A DNA stretch of 61,713 bases, the filler included, from Sphacelaria rigidula (taxonomy: Eukaryota), in assembly GCA_964200075.2 (NCBI GenBank). It is 6 parts of 6 records of this genome, joined end to end, with 100 filler letters (N's around TTAATTAATTAA, not from the genome) between each part and the next. Parts side by side here need not be neighbours in the genome. Positions count along the whole stretch, not along the records: positions 20,608 to 30,810 come from CAXNAA020006937.1; positions 30,911 to 41,111 come from CAXNAA020006938.1; 4 more parts are not named here. The stretch is one strand, 5' to 3'. Made by a program: the position numbers and the translations under genes. A model generated the notes under the pieces. The model was not told the DNA's origin. It made no database searches and was given only the letters and a program-made list of their open reading frames with translations. Below, one piece after another: positions 22,099-35,329 of the stretch (positions are counted from its first letter, which is position 1; each line of letters opens with the position of its first letter).

Positions 22099-22980
22099 AA
22101 TACACAACATCGATTATCCCTACCATGTGAGAGCACTAAACATCATCCTCAAATATGCAGCGCCATCGGAATTCAATCGTGGCAGCACCCCCCCCCCCCC
22201 CCCCCCCCCCCCTCCCAACACCACACGACACAGATCTTTTCGACAGACAAGGAGACTCGCCGATGCTGGTGCTGTCATCGAAAATACTCGCAACAACCGC
22301 AACAGCCGCACAATACAATCAGCAACAGGCTCGCGCGCGAGCAGTTCCCACAGCAGCCGCAATGGCAGCACCCGGCGATCAGGCACAAGCTCACGCGCGA
22401 GTAGTCAACGATCCGTGCGAGGACGTACTGAAGACGAGATCCGTGCGGACATTGTCCGTTTTCTTGGTCTAGAGGACGGCAGTAGCACCGTGAGTCTCGA
22501 ACACGCATCGTCGGGGCAAAAGGCAGCAGAAGCCCCCTCGCCATCACGACTCAACAGCAACCCCGGCACTGAGACGAAACATTTACCGGCCCATACCTGT
22601 ACACGCCGAGAGCAATGTTCTTCGGGGGCGGACGTCAATGTGAGAGCCAAAATGCTGGAGTTTTCAGTGGAATCTGATGATGATGATGTAGGCACGTTAG
22701 CCCGCCCCGCAACTACGGATAGAGGTCGTGGCACGTTTGTCAACCGCGCGGGGCAGGAGAAAAAACCTGCGAGGGGTGTCGACGTAAGGGGGTACGCAAT
22801 GTTCAACCGAGATTCATCAGTCAGCGGAGCAGCAAAGGCACCAGGTGCTACTGCTTCCTCCGGGTGCGAGGTTGCCAAACCGAGCGACGGAGGCACCATC
22901 ATCGAAGGCGGCGATAATAGCACCCGTCGGGCTCTCGACACTAGAGTAAGGCAACATGCCGGACATTTTCAAATTACACG
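22099..22980 (+). CDS. Large low-complexity exon, probably an N-terminal part of the cNMP-domain gene
   Basis: About 290 open codons rich in S/R/G/P, with acceptor ttttgcctttcag| and candidate donors at 22946 or 22981. The linkage to the downstream gene is inferred. Confidence 0.5.
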
Positions 22981-23869
22981 GTAGGTATGACGTACCAGAA
23001 TACATCGCCGTTGACCGGTGGAAAATGTCATTCAAGGTTTGTGATTGTGTATCCAGTGTGAAATATAAACAGCACCCCTTGACGGCATTGAGTAACCGTC
23101 TCGTGATCAGCTAAGCTTGTGAGTCATTGTCTCGCCGCGGATATCTTCATGAAACGATTTCCGGTGAATCACGCCTACGATTTCCCCATCGCATGCTGTG
23201 ACCATACCTCGCGAAAATCCCCTGCCGTTGCAATACTCCACAACAGGTTATCGACAGTGGGAAAGGGCATGGAAACAGGAAGAAAGTCAACCCCGTAGGC
23301 AAATACGTCTCGGCACCAGGTCGCAACCATCAACCCTTGATCGAATCAAAGAATTCCTGTTGGCTGGATACCTCTTCTTCCGAAGCTAGTGATTCCGGCA
23401 AGTCTCGAGGAACGCTCCCTGGGGATCAGCCGGACGCCAAAGCTTTCGGACAGGATGATGGTTGCTGGGAGGTCTAGTTTTACTTGAATAACTTGCCACA
23501 TAATCTGATAGCCAGAAAGAATGACGTCTACCACACAAGCTCATGCGGCGCACTTGTTGCATGCGTCACACGTAATCAAACCGTGGCGTGGATTTGTTGC
23601 GCTGAACATTACCTAGTGCCAATCTTGAAGTGCTCGAATCGCGTTCACCCAGTAGTAGACGGCGCCATCAATATTATTTGTCCCCAGAAGTGATTTCGTT
23701 TATACGTCATTTCGAGTTAACGCAGTGCCGGAGTACCGAAAACAGAGTGGCGGTAGTTAGTTCTCTACCATATGCATGGAAGATGATTCAACATATCGCT
23801 CACGCATGGTACATACCCGAGATGGCGTCAATGCCACTACAACACCTCGTCACTCTATTTTGATTACAG

Positions 23870-24468
23870 CGGGTTGGGAAACATGTCCTCATAGTGGTCA
23901 CTACAATGCTCACCCCTCTTGTTCACGAAACATTCCTCGACAGATCTGGCTAGACAGTTCGCACGAAGATGGCAGCGAGAGCGGCGACCTCCAACACGAG
24001 GTGGTGAATACACCTCTCCCCAACTCGTGTTCTCGTACGCGTGGCTTCACGACCCCTCCCACGGTCGCAGGCCGTCTTCCTTCCTCGTCAAGCATTTTCA
24101 AGCTCTGCTCACAACACCCGCCAGCTTCCCGCAACTGCCAGACTGCCCTACTACGTGTAGACAACAAGTCCAACACCAATGCCAACAATGCCAACGCCAA
24201 CAACGCTAACGTCAACGGCAGTGCACGCACCGCCGCCTGCGGCGAGAGTATATCGCCAACAAACACCGCCCGGCAGGACAAAGCCGGCGAGGGTGGCGCG
24301 AAACAACGGACACAACGAGCCGGCTCGTACTCACCGCCCCGCACAATGCCCCGCAGCAACAAATATCCGCTTGGCCGTCGCTCTGTGTACGATTTGCGAC
24401 GACGTCGACCGTCGATTCGTACCCGCCCTAGGACGGACGAACCCATGGAAGAGGCGAGTTGTTCAAAT
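23870..24468 (+). CDS. Candidate large low-complexity exon of the same gene
   Basis: Lies within the 247-aa ORF (N/A/S/R-rich, NANNANANNANVN), with acceptor ttttgattacag|. Boundaries are approximate. Confidence 0.4.
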
Positions 24469-25855
24469 GTAGGGATAATCCTTCGGGGCACACTAGTGCA
24501 CCAAATCTTTGAAATATAGATATTTCAGTTTACTTGACGCTGCCAGAACGAACCTCGAGACTGTTATCGCTTAGCTACTCGTGATGATTGGAATCGTGAA
24601 CAGATGAAAATAGCTAGTAAATGTCCCTGATTGAAATCATGGTTCCCCCCCGCTTTCACTCCTGAGTACTGAGCCATTCACTGTTAGTCGTCGAGGGGGC
24701 TACTACGCGTAGGTGGCAAACATTCGATGCACGTGATGGCGTAACCGTATACAACAATAGCGACAAAGGGCAAAATGTCGCGGCACAGCTAGAAACTCTA
24801 ATGATGCTATGTTCCCGCTGGACCTGATTTGAGCACATGTTGCAACGGACGCAAAGACCACCGAAGCGTTCGGAGTTTGTGTACTTCAGTAAACAGTAAG
24901 TGAATTCTAGATATGCAAAGGGATGTCGACAGTTATTCATTATCTTTTGCGGAACACTGAGTCCTTCAACGACGGCGTGGGAGGGGGACGGGGGGGTGCT
25001 ATCATGCTCGAAACTACTTCGGAATATGACAACACCGCTTTCTTGTTGCAGTTCCTTTCGAATTTTATGAAAGGGCAGCCAGGCAAACACTTGAATGAGT
25101 TACGTGGATTTTTTCACACAGCAAACACTTCGTGCATGTTCTTCGAAGTATGTAGCAGTCCGCCACCGGCCAGAGCTTTGGCCGACATTAACTAGCCCCG
25201 ATCGAAGACTCGAGATGAAGGGAGCAACACGGCAAGCCGACGATTCCCGCCGTGTTCTTGTTGTTGACAAATCTCGAATTGATTCCACGCATGTCTTCTT
25301 TTCACCATTCCCCGTGCAAACGAGCTTATATGCACCTGATCCTATCCTTTGGGGATAGGTCTGCTTATCATACTGAGCTGGGTAGGGCTTCAATACCGTG
25401 AGCGGACCCGTCAAACACCCCTGTTCGAATAGTGTATGTTCTGCAGTAGCCTCCAATAAATTCAACCAGCATAACAATCGGAGAAATCTTTATCCGCTTG
25501 TGCACAAAACTGCGATGTCGTTGAAAAACGAAATCGAGCCTTTGGCTTCCTTCGGGAGACTGGCGATAAGAGGCAGGGGGTGATGGGTTCGCCGCACCAC
25601 CCACAGTATGATGGTAGTATCATGTACGTACACAAACACTATTTTTCGATAGTTCCCCTTGAAACTCTCAGGTCCACCCATTCCTCACGTTGTCACATTA
25701 TTGCCTTGTCCTCAGAGCACCAAGCTTCCGCAGAGCCCAAACGTTTTAGGTAATTCCAGGGGTGAAGTGCCCTCTCAACACGGTTGCGCACGTTCTTACG
25801 GAATAAATAATTTTCTCACGATTTGCTCCCACCCTTCGTACCACTGAACAAACAG

Positions 25856-26005
25856 AAGGGATCCGAGCAGAAGGCGCTGCGATCGGCAGAAAACGACGAG
25901 AGGAACAATATGGCGGAAATCGAAGATTCCGACGAAGAGGGAAATGATTTGTATTACAGCTTTATGTCAATACAAAGCCTGAGCATCGACCTATCGGACA
26001 TTGAG
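25856..26005 (+). CDS. Exon of the cNMP-domain gene
   Basis: 150 nt, AG/GT-bounded (GAG|GTTAGT), acidic frame KGSEQK...SIDLSDIE. Phase 0 matches the next exon. Confidence 0.6.
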
Positions 26006-26937
26006 GTTAGTTGTGAAAATAAAACGAAAAAACTGTACTTTCGACATTATTGCGCGATGTATTCACGAGTGATGACATGTACGAATATATTTCAAGGGCA
26101 GATCGAGTAGAGTATACTCAATTGCGGGGTATTTTGAAAGTAGTACTTGAAGTACAGAAATTGGGGGTAGGGTCTCAAGGATCGCTTTCCAGTTATTTTT
26201 TGGGTACGACTCCCAACGCTCTACCCTAATTTGAGTACCCCACGTATGTCTTTGAAAATACTCTACTCGACCTGCCGTTGGTATATTTATAATACAGTGG
26301 GCATATATCCTCGTCGAACAAACGGCCACGAAGACTTGCGCAACACAGTACTAAAAAATATCCATCGCAAGACATCTCTTTGTTGTGTGTATGTCTCGTT
26401 TAATTTCATCTTGGCACTGCGGTTGGATGCCAAGCAGCACCGGTGAATGTAGGAACTAATCAACTCACTAACCAATCGATCATGATATATGTTTGCGGTA
26501 CATCATGGTTTCCAACACTGACTGCCGTGCGAGAAAAACGACTGCACAGCGGCAGGTTGTCTTAGAATGCGCCACTACCGTACTGGCAATTTGTTTCTGG
26601 CGCGGAATTTCTGACAAGAAACTCGCGCTATGACTTTCGTTGACTGCTCTCGACACAACGTCTGGTCCGCTAATGTCTTGGTAGGTTACCGTCATAGACT
26701 ACTTATTGTCCAGCTGATGTGTATTGATACTCCACTTTTTCGTCGTCTGAAATTCGTCGACCTTCGGGTATGTAGGACGAGTACACGGTATCATTTCCAA
26801 ACTACTGTGTTTCTCACATTTGATCAAAGTCACGTTTTCTTGGAGGACTCAACAGGAATTCGTCAGCGTACGTAGCACACGGGATATGAGTATAGAACAG
26901 CATGCCGCCAAAGTTGTTTGGCCATTGGATCGTGGTT

Positions 26938-27191
26938 GACACTTTCTACGACAGCCCCCCCCCCCCCCCCCCCAACGCACGGGCCGGGGGGGGGAACACC
27001 TCCCCCCCCCCCCAAAGGGGAAAAAAGGGGGCGCAAGGACGACGGGAATTCCCACGCTTGGGCTCGTTCTCGTCAATACTGCCAGTATGAGGCGCTTCTT
27101 GCAGCCTGAACCCAAACATCAGGCGCTCTATGGCCATTTTTTTCGTGACCCTTTTGGGCTGGTTCTGGGGAGGGCTATCGTAGAAAGCGTC
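26938..27191. mobile_element. MITE with GACACTTTCTACGA(T/C)AGCCC TIRs and a 4-bp TSD
   Basis: ggtt|gacactttctacgacagccc...gggctatcgtagaaagcgtc|ggtt. Homologues lie at 51513-51781 and 52896-53157. Confidence 0.85.
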
Positions 27192-27296
27192 GGTTCTTGT
27201 TTGTGGTAAATTTCGATGTTTGCCGGATTTGGTTACGCGGGGCAAGCGCTGTTCTGCTTCGGCTGCTTCAGCCGTTTTCCTTCTGCCATGTGTCAG

Positions 27297-27492
27297 GTTC
27301 ACGACTTTCTGGAGGAATCCATAGAGTGGGAGCCCCTCGACCGACGTGTCGACGGCAGCGGAAGCAGCAGCGACGGCCTAAGCTTCCACCACCAGTCGCA
27401 AATGGGAACTATCGACGAAGGGGATATCGAGTTTTTGAGGAATAACAAGGTGCTGCGCGATACTATGCTTGCCGTGGGAGATCTCAATTTTG
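27297..27492 (+). CDS. Exon of the cNMP-domain gene
   Basis: Acceptor tgtcag|, frame VHDFLEESIEW...DIEFLRNNKVLRDTMLAVGDLNF(G), donor G|GTGAGG. Phase 1 matches the exon at 28186. Confidence 0.7.
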
Positions 27493-27632
27493 GTGAGGAA
27501 CTTGTCACTCGCCTGAGCACGTTCATCATCAACGCGAGGCGAATCGAAACGTACTTTCATCGGAGCGTCGCCTTATAGTGAATCTGAGAGTATTTTTTAT
27601 CGGAATAACGACTGACTCGTTTACACAGAGAG

Positions 27633-27965
27633 CCAGTCGCCTCGGTGGCTCAGTTGGTACCGTCGAAACCTTCTGACGGTTGGGTCGTGGGTTCGAAAAA
27701 GGATCTTTCTCACACAATGCTCAACAATGGAGAGCGACTATGCCGTGGGTACACGAAATTCGGCTCCATGGTCGACGAGAGAAAGGGAGTGCTGGACCCC
27801 TCTCGCGACAAACCATGAAGGGAAGCACCGCAGAAGGAAGGTTGAGAAAAAAAAAACAGAAGAAGAACTCCTGTGTTGGCTTTCCTCCTGTTTGACCCCG
27901 GCTGGTGCGCCCACATGTACCGAAAACTGTAGACCGGCGTCCGAAATAGATGGGACGACAACACA
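27633..27965 (+). mobile_element. tRNA-derived SINE, full-length copy
   Basis: Head has a Pol III A box TGGCTCAGTTGG and B box GGTTCGAA. The ~330-bp body is collinear with the copy at 55853-56232, ends ...gatgggacgacaacaca, and has acacaga on both flanks. Confidence 0.8.
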
Positions 27966-28185
27966 GAAACAAAGTGATTACCCCAAGGACGTTGAAGTGA
28001 CCCTGAAAAGAAACTGTGCACGTCGATCTCAACGGCATAGAAATCCCCCAGAAACGGTAGCGGCGTCGGGTAAGATGCTCCCTTGCATTGACCGTCATCG
28101 TCGTCCAAACAGCCGTCTTACGTGCGGAACGACCGCCGAATTTCCACACAGCCGGCTCCCACACCCCTTTGCGTGCCGGTTCCAG

Positions 28186-28462
28186 GACAACTAGCGTTGA
28201 AGCGGCAAGTGTCGCTTCTTCGGGACGTCACGATATCTAAGTATGCTGCGGGGGAAACAATATTCTCGGAAGGGGAGCAATCAGACGCCCTGTATTTCGT
28301 CATCGGTCCTGCTGATGCCGTTGTCACTATGACCGAGAAGGTTGTCAAAGCGGCTGCGGGAAACGACACAGCAGAATCGCCCACGTTGAATGCCGAGGGG
28401 CAGTTTACTAGTATATCGGTGTCTGCGGGTCAGTATTTCGGAGCGCATGGACTGCTTTACAG
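28186..28462 (+). CDS. Exon encoding a cyclic-nucleotide-binding (cNMP/CAP-ED)-like domain
   Basis: YAAGETIFSEGEQSDALYFVI...VSAGQYFGAHGLLY matches the cNMP-binding beta-roll. Acceptor ttccag|, donor AG|GTAAGA. Confidence 0.82.
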
Positions 28463-29267
28463 GTAAGAGGAGTCGGCTGTAACCACACCACGCATCTTCT
28501 TTGACTGGGGTGTTTTTTTTTTGTGAGAAAAATTGCGGTCATCGCAATCTCGTTTACAAGTCTGTTCATCACTGCTTTCAAAAGCTCGACCACAACTATC
28601 CTGGTTACTGTATAGCTCATACAAATGCCAAGCGCGAGATCTTTATCAGAAACTAGATAATACACCCCTTAGGACAACACGTACCATGTCTGTTTGGTAG
28701 TTTCACCGCTGGCTGACAACCCAGCTTGCTTTGACGACCGCGGTAGCCCCGCCGCCCGAGTGCATGTTGCTGAAAAATCCTTATCAAAACGCTCACATCA
28801 ACGGAATCTTTTGTTATACTCGACGCTTTCAGATCCAAAAGCTCGTCGAAACCCCGATATTGGCGGGCTCGTTAAGGTGTAGTCGACACGCGCCCGTTAG
28901 ATTAATTCGCGCCCGGAGACTGAAGTACTTCCACAGGGTCATCATTTACGAGAGAAGGCGTGCCAACCTCCGCCACGCGACTTAAACTCCCAACAAGATA
29001 TGGAACGCCAAACGATGACAGCATCAATCCTATGACATATCATAAAAGTCATCATTACCCAGAGTAGCCGAGAGTATTGTCGTTCAGATTCAACAGTATC
29101 CACCCTTCACCTACAATAGTTCTTGTTTTCGCGCTTTGAACCCCTCCCCTTCCTCGAGACGAATCCGTGGTCTCAAGGGATTATCCCGTCTCTCCCCTGG
29201 TACACGCCTTGCGTTTCGGTCTCGCGGGTTGGGTCAGCACTCCCGCGCCGCGTCAACTCACGTTCCA

Positions 29268-29409
29268 ATTTTCAAATTGGTTGTTGTCTCAGGCTATTCC
29301 AGATTCGGCATTGGATTTCTGTCACAGAAAAACAAGCAGAACTTTTCGAGAACTTTTCAAAATTACAAGGAGAACTTTTCAAGAACCGCTCAAAACATGA
29401 CCCCATTAT
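29268..29409. repeat. Dispersed repeat shared with ~61513-61657
   Basis: ttttcaaattggttgtt.tctcaggctatt.cagattcggcatt.gatttctgt.acagaaaa...aaacaagcagaacttttcga...catgaccccattat is present in both pieces. Confidence 0.8.
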
Positions 29410-30810
29410 CTGGAGTGTAGTGTAGTACACTGAACACAAGACAATTCTGCAGTGGTATATGGAGTGCAGAGTACTGCACTGAGCACAAGACAACGCGGCA
29501 GTTCTGCAGTGTTTTTTAGTCTTAGAACCTGAAGACGGGCTGTGTACAGTATGCATCAGCTTATTTTGTTGCAAAATTAATATTGTCAAGCTGCTGCTGC
29601 TGTACTACTACGACAACACAGCAATACTTTTTTCAGAATATGTAATAGTTTTAGTGCTGCATGCGGTGTTCCCGTAAGCACATATGTGGGGTGAGATCAA
29701 AGGACAAAGGTGAAACGATGAAACGATCACGTGACGACTGTGCAGCTGTCTGTCTCGGGGGAATCACAAAGTCCAAGTCCTGACCCGGATTTGGTCTCCG
29801 CAAACACCGTCACTACTTTACTGTCTGTGCTTACAGAGTACAGCCTGTACTCGAACAGGGGAGGTGAACAGCACGCCATCACTTGCGGATAGATACACTG
29901 CAGTAGCGGGGTATGCTTTGTTATTTTTTGTTGGCGAAAAGTTGCACGTCTCCTCTCATGGTGGGCATCAGCGACAGAACTGCGTGGTACGGTGGGCAAC
30001 CGAGTTGCGTGCACGCTTATGGATAGTGCAGTCTGTACAAAGCTGCACGTTGCTGGAGGCCTCTTCACGGCGCATTGTAAGCGGGGAGAACTGATAGTCC
30101 TGGGTTGTCTGCACTGCATGTTGCCCGCTTTTCCTTCATATCCTTCTGAACGAAACACGCACACACGCACTCAAGACACCCTGCTTGCAAGCGGTGCAGA
30201 CAGTGCAGACTGTGTATATTGTACACGAGTGACCATGTGCCGCGTCACGAACTTCACGGTATTTTTTTGATCGAAAGCTTGAACATCCATCTGGACCCAA
30301 CTGCATCAAAACGAGCAATTTTCGCTCAGATCGATTCCACCGCTTCATTTTTTCGATCGAAAAGACAGGCCCATACCACCAGTCCCGAGTCCTGCAGTAT
30401 CTACAAGCAGTTTTGTACAAATTGGAACCCAGATCTGCATGCAGCTTGAAAACTGCGGCGGATCTGGACGTGGTCGTTAGTCCAAGTAGGTCCAACGTCT
30501 GTGTAATGGTGCAGACAAGAGACAACAAGGCAACACCACACCTTTACACCAAGCCCCGAGAAAACACGCACAGACACCCACCACTCACGCGCATTAGTTT
30601 CACTGCTGCTAGCCCTTCCTGATCTACACACAACCGTCTTTGTTTGACAGCAAATCGAGCCGTAGCTGCTCACCAGCTGTGCACGTTGTGCGTGACCTTG
30701 CTCACATCTGTTCGGAATTCATTGAGAAAAGATGATCTGTGTGAAACGCGCGCGCAGCACACGCTTACAAAACGGTCAGCAACGACACGTTTTCGGTTGT
30801 CTTTGACACG

Positions 30811-30910
30811 NNNNNNNNNNNNNNNNNNNNNNNNNNNNNNNNNNNNNNNNNNNNTTAATTAATTAANNNNNNNNNNNNNNNNNNNNNNNNNNNNNNNNNN
30901 NNNNNNNNNN
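30811..30910. other. Artificial contig linker
   Basis: N44-TTAATTAATTAA-N44. Confidence 0.97.
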
Positions 30911-30980
30911 GGGAATCGAACCCCCCAACTCAGCCATCAGAAGGTTACGAGGTTACCAACTGAGACACCGGGGCGACCGG
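30911..30980 (-). mobile_element. SINE tRNA-like head, cut by the contig end
   Basis: The minus strand reads ccggtcgccccggtgtctcagttggtaacctcgtaaccttctga...ggttcgattccc, matching the other SINE heads. Confidence 0.75.
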
Positions 30981-31828
30981 CAAAGAGGATCATGAACATG
31001 GGAAAACTTGGATGTGCCTATACGCAGCGAGTTCATCGGTGCCCGCATGTCTGAGTTCTTCGGCGGGGTAGGGTGGTGCGGGGTGAGGTTCTCATCGACG
31101 TATACCACGACCTATGGCAGTGTAGTCAACCCGTGGGAGTCATGTCGGCATCGTATCGTGGTAACAGATACGTCACTCCACGTACCTCCAAGAAAGGATG
31201 AGAAGGGGCATTCCGTTGGCAATGAAGTTCACACATGCCTGGGTACCTCACGGCGCCTGAGAAAAAAACACTCCCTCTCTTTTCTCTGCGTTATTTCTTT
31301 TCAGGGTGTGTGCTACAATGTGGCCTTCGCGGAACTGTCGTCGTCCAGTGACAGTGCATAGGGCAGCGAAAACTGGATCTAGTAGACTTACTCATCTTCA
31401 GATGTCATATCCCTTTATTGTAATCGTGAGAGACTAAGAGTATATCTTCAAGACAGATGGTGTCTCAGACAGTGGTGATTGTCGACTACAACGACGTTGT
31501 GCGATCTGAAAAACCAAACACACACACACACAAAGACCAAACTTGCGCCAGAACTTCATTTGTCTCTTCAAGATTCCAACTCGTTCAAAGCCAACAGGTC
31601 ACAGTACGTCAAAGCAAAGTCTTCAGTGCTGATAAGAATCAAACGAATAACACCTACCGTACTACGAGACAAACTGTCATCCCTGTGGTTTCAAGTGGGG
31701 CCCCTTGGAGAGAAACGGGCCTTCACTTGTCAAAACCTCGTTGAACACATCAAGACGTTTTTCAAAGTGCATGTGTATTATTCATGCCCTCGTCTACCCC
31801 CGTGCGCCACTCCATTATTTTCACTCAC

Positions 31829-32028
31829 ATGCGGTCCTGCACTTCCCGATCCTTCTCCTTCTGTGCGTACTCCTCCTGGATTTTTAGCTTGGCGTTATGT
31901 ACAAGCATTTGCTTCTCGAGATTAAAGTCGTGCTCGGTCTTGATGTTGATTTCGTTGGCCTTCTCGTGCGCCTCCTGAAGGATGAAGTTGGCCATTTGCC
32001 GGATCTGGTTCGTCGCCGCTCCGTCCAT
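31829..32028 (-). CDS. VHA-E: V-type H+-ATPase subunit E, first coding exon
   Basis: MDGAATNQIRQMANFILQEAHEKANEINIKTEHDFNLEKQMLVHNAKLKIQEEYAQKEK is the conserved V1-E N-terminus. Donor AT|GTGAGT at 31828; later exons were not found in this piece. Confidence 0.95.
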
Positions 32029-35000
32029 GTTGTCTCTATGCCCAGTTGTCGTGTGAGGTGTGTTGCGGGATTTGTTTGTCTCTTGCAAGCAAACGTATCA
32101 CCTGTCACCCCTACGTTCTGTTATTCTTTCCTGCGAGTGTGTTTTTCGGAGCGGGGCAGGGGTGGGGGTGCGTAAGCAGAAAGCGGGGGCGAAAAACATC
32201 CGCTGGGCAGGGTCCGATGACAAGTACTACATTTGACGGTGTATAGCACCCCCCGTCGGTGCACTTTTTTCGTTTCGTTTTTGTTCATAGCTGCCTAGTG
32301 TAAGCGACACTACAGCTGGCATAAGTGGGGAGCTCTTGTTCATCATTTGGCTCTCACAAAACTTCTCCAGCTCATGCCTCTCGAGCAGGGCCGTTTGAAG
32401 CCGGAAATGTGCAGTATCCACTTTTGAAGGGAATGGTGCGAAAACGCAGAGAGCCTCGCGAAAGGGCACGAGAAAAGTGGTACAGTAGCTTGACATATGT
32501 GTTCTGATCGGCTACTGTACCCCGTCGATAAAAGAGATGGGGGGAAAAAGGAAACAAGAGACAAGAAGGCGAGGATACGTATAAACTCAGTTGCAGAGAC
32601 TGACTACATTGCGACATGAGAGTATCTAGCCTTCCGCGACTTTGTACTCTTGATGGTGGTTGGCCAGGAGCATATAACCCAGCCAAACGAGGGATGGGGA
32701 TGATGAGGTTAACCTCACTTCCTCGTCACATACAATCACCGAAGTGAGGCGGCAAGTTTTTCGCACCCAGTCTTGCACGAACGAACGCTGTCAAGGCGTG
32801 CGAAACACGGTTACACACCAATCCAACCGCTAGAAGTGGTACAATGTTGCCTGCTGAGCTCAGTCCCACTGAGTACACCCTGCTCCCTTCCTCGGAAGTA
32901 AGCACCCGCATTCGTGATGTCTCCTGTGCGCAAGTGCACCCAAGGGTCTCGATGAGTCGTACTGAATTTTGTCTCCTGTCCGGCAGCACCCGAAATAGAA
33001 CACCTTCGTACAGCCGCACCTCTTACTTCGCGCTTACTGCACCGCCTCAACAACAAGAGTGGGAAGGAAGATTTGAGAATACAAAAATCCGTTCGAACTC
33101 ACCTACGAGCTTCGATAGATGACCTTCAACGTCTGCGTTGCCTCTCGTGCTCTGTAGTACTCGGGGTCGAAGCGGCGCTCAAAGCTCCCCAACTCAGGTC
33201 CCTGGTACATGACTGTTGCTCATTATACTATAAAGTTAGTTGAGAATGCTCCTGGTTGCTATTGTCATCATCTACATGACCTGAAGATGTTCCAGTGTGG
33301 TGTGTGTCTCCACTGCACGCCCCCTCGACCTCCAAATCCAATCATAGAACAACATAGGTGAGATTATCCGTGAAGATCGCTGAACCTCGCTATGCTGTTT
33401 TTTTCAGTAGTTGGTGTGTTCATCGAAATGCCGTAAAGCTCCATCCACCCAGAACAAGATGCGACCCAAGCGTGATGTGGGTGCAGGTGCTTCAGGGTGT
33501 CCGCTACGGCTTACTGCACTGGCACATGTATATGCTGAAAATGTGGTGTCGTAGGTTGTGTCACAATTGCTGCCAAGTGGCTGAGTGCTTGTGGTCTTCA
33601 TTTTATTCGGGAGTAAGCGTCATTTACATTTGGTTCAGCGTATGGTTTGCTTTAATCGAGCAAGGGAAGTCTCCAGTCTTTCGCGCGGTTTTCGTTTGTT
33701 TTGGGGGGTATGCTTTTCATTTCCGTGAAGTTTCCACAAAGTCAAACGAAATCGGCCGCCGCTCTTGTTTTGTTTGTCCATCGCCACAGAAAAATGACGG
33801 GGGGTTTTGCCTTCTCCGGTTCGCCGGTTCAGGATCCAAGCCCTTTGCTTGCGTGCTCAACGTCTTGCCCTTACTACATAGTGTGCAGAGCACTCACAGG
33901 CGTGCACACTCTGTTGTGTGCGTGTTTACCGATTGACACGAACAAAACCATACGGGTGTGATGCAAAAAATGTGATTTTGACTAGAGATATTTGCCCAGG
34001 TCTTCCTTCTTATTTCAAAATTAAGCTCATTTCATGATGTACAAAAACTCGTACGCGTATAGGGGACAGCTTCGGCTCACCTCGCCTAGCCTTTTTGCTG
34101 GTGGTCCGGCAAATAACAGGGGTATTTGCCGGCAGTGTCTTCACTGTCGTTCCGGGGCTAGACCTGAAACATTAATCATGATACGAAAGGTGAGATGGCG
34201 AGATTCAAAGGGAGCGGTCATCCGTGTTCTCATGACACATCACATCCTGGTGCTGTACGTGTGTGTCAGTGGTACTGTATGCAACAGACAGGAGGGTCAC
34301 TTCGCTCTTGTCTCTCTGTCATGAATGTGTTTCATAAAACACATCATGTGTGTATTAATAGTACAGATCGTATCACGAGTAATTAGGCGTTTGTAAATTC
34401 CAGCAGGAGGTTTAATCGTCTGGCCTAAGCAAAAATTTGGCGTCTTGTTTTTCTCTCCTGAGGTTATCTCGATAGACGCGAATACGTCTGAGTGCATCAA
34501 CCGTTTGCACTACAGTGTAGGTCGAATCTCGACGAGAGTACCAGAATCACTTCAGAGCAGTTCTCCATCACAAAAAACCTCAGTCGGTGAGAATATTGGT
34601 AGTTGAGATCAGTCACGAGTCAAGTGGAATAAGCTGGACTGGCCTGGACTGAGCGCGACGACTTGACTGAACAGGGGTACAGTGCAGCACAGCACTGTAC
34701 GTTCGGTGATTCTGCTGCTGCTGTGTCGGACATCTAGGCCGTGGATGCTTTTTTAGGCGCGCACTCGGCATCTCACACCAGTGATCCCATGCTCTCGGAA
34801 ACTCGTTTCCCCCCTGCAAACCCCAGCCGCGCTCACTCCTTTTCGCCGCAGACGAGAGACGCTGTTGTCGCCCCCCGTCACAAGGGTGGTTGTTTTTATT
34901 GCTGTCACGAGTTTCTTCACGGTAGTGATTTATTCAAAAAAAATCTTCAGCTGGAGTCAACCTCCCAATTCGACGAGACTGATGATGTCCCATCTCCATG

Positions 35001-35161
35001 GTCCTGCCCTCCTTGTGTTACCCATCACATCCTCCCGTCTAGGCGGGAACATCTTGACACTCTGTGCCAAGAAGCAACACGCCCACACGCACATGAAAAC
35101 GGGGACATAAAGCTGACTGCAAGTGCCATAAAGCTCAACAAGAGAACACAACGACGAAAGT

Positions 35162-35329
35162 ATGAGCTCATCCTCCGGGGATGAGTATACCGGCTACCGC
35201 AAGTCTTTCCCTCTGCATGATGCAATCGAGGCGGGCAGCATGGATCTGGTATCAAGAATCATCCACAACAGCAATAGCAACCACGGCTGTGGGATGGACG
35301 TCGACGACGCGGACGGCAACTCCGGCAAG
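35162..35329 (+). CDS. Ankyrin-repeat protein, exon 1
   Basis: MSSSSGDEYTGYRKSFPLHDAIEAGSMDLVSRII contains an ankyrin-like PLH..G motif. Donor AAG|GTATTG, phase 0. Confidence 0.72.

Noticed and set aside
22405..24491. Long minus-strand ORFs (22405-22941, 23910-24491); likewise 38070-38657 and 58325-58699
   Set aside because: They are antisense shadows of GC-rich plus-strand exons.
27633..27700. Functional tRNA genes here, at 30911-30980 and at 56160-56232
   Set aside because: The D-arm and acceptor stem do not close properly, and homology between copies continues ~270 bp past the B box. These are SINE heads.
33358..33936. 192-aa ORF between VHA-E and the ankyrin gene
   Set aside because: Non-ATG start, C/F/V-rich composition typical of non-coding DNA and no recognisable motif.
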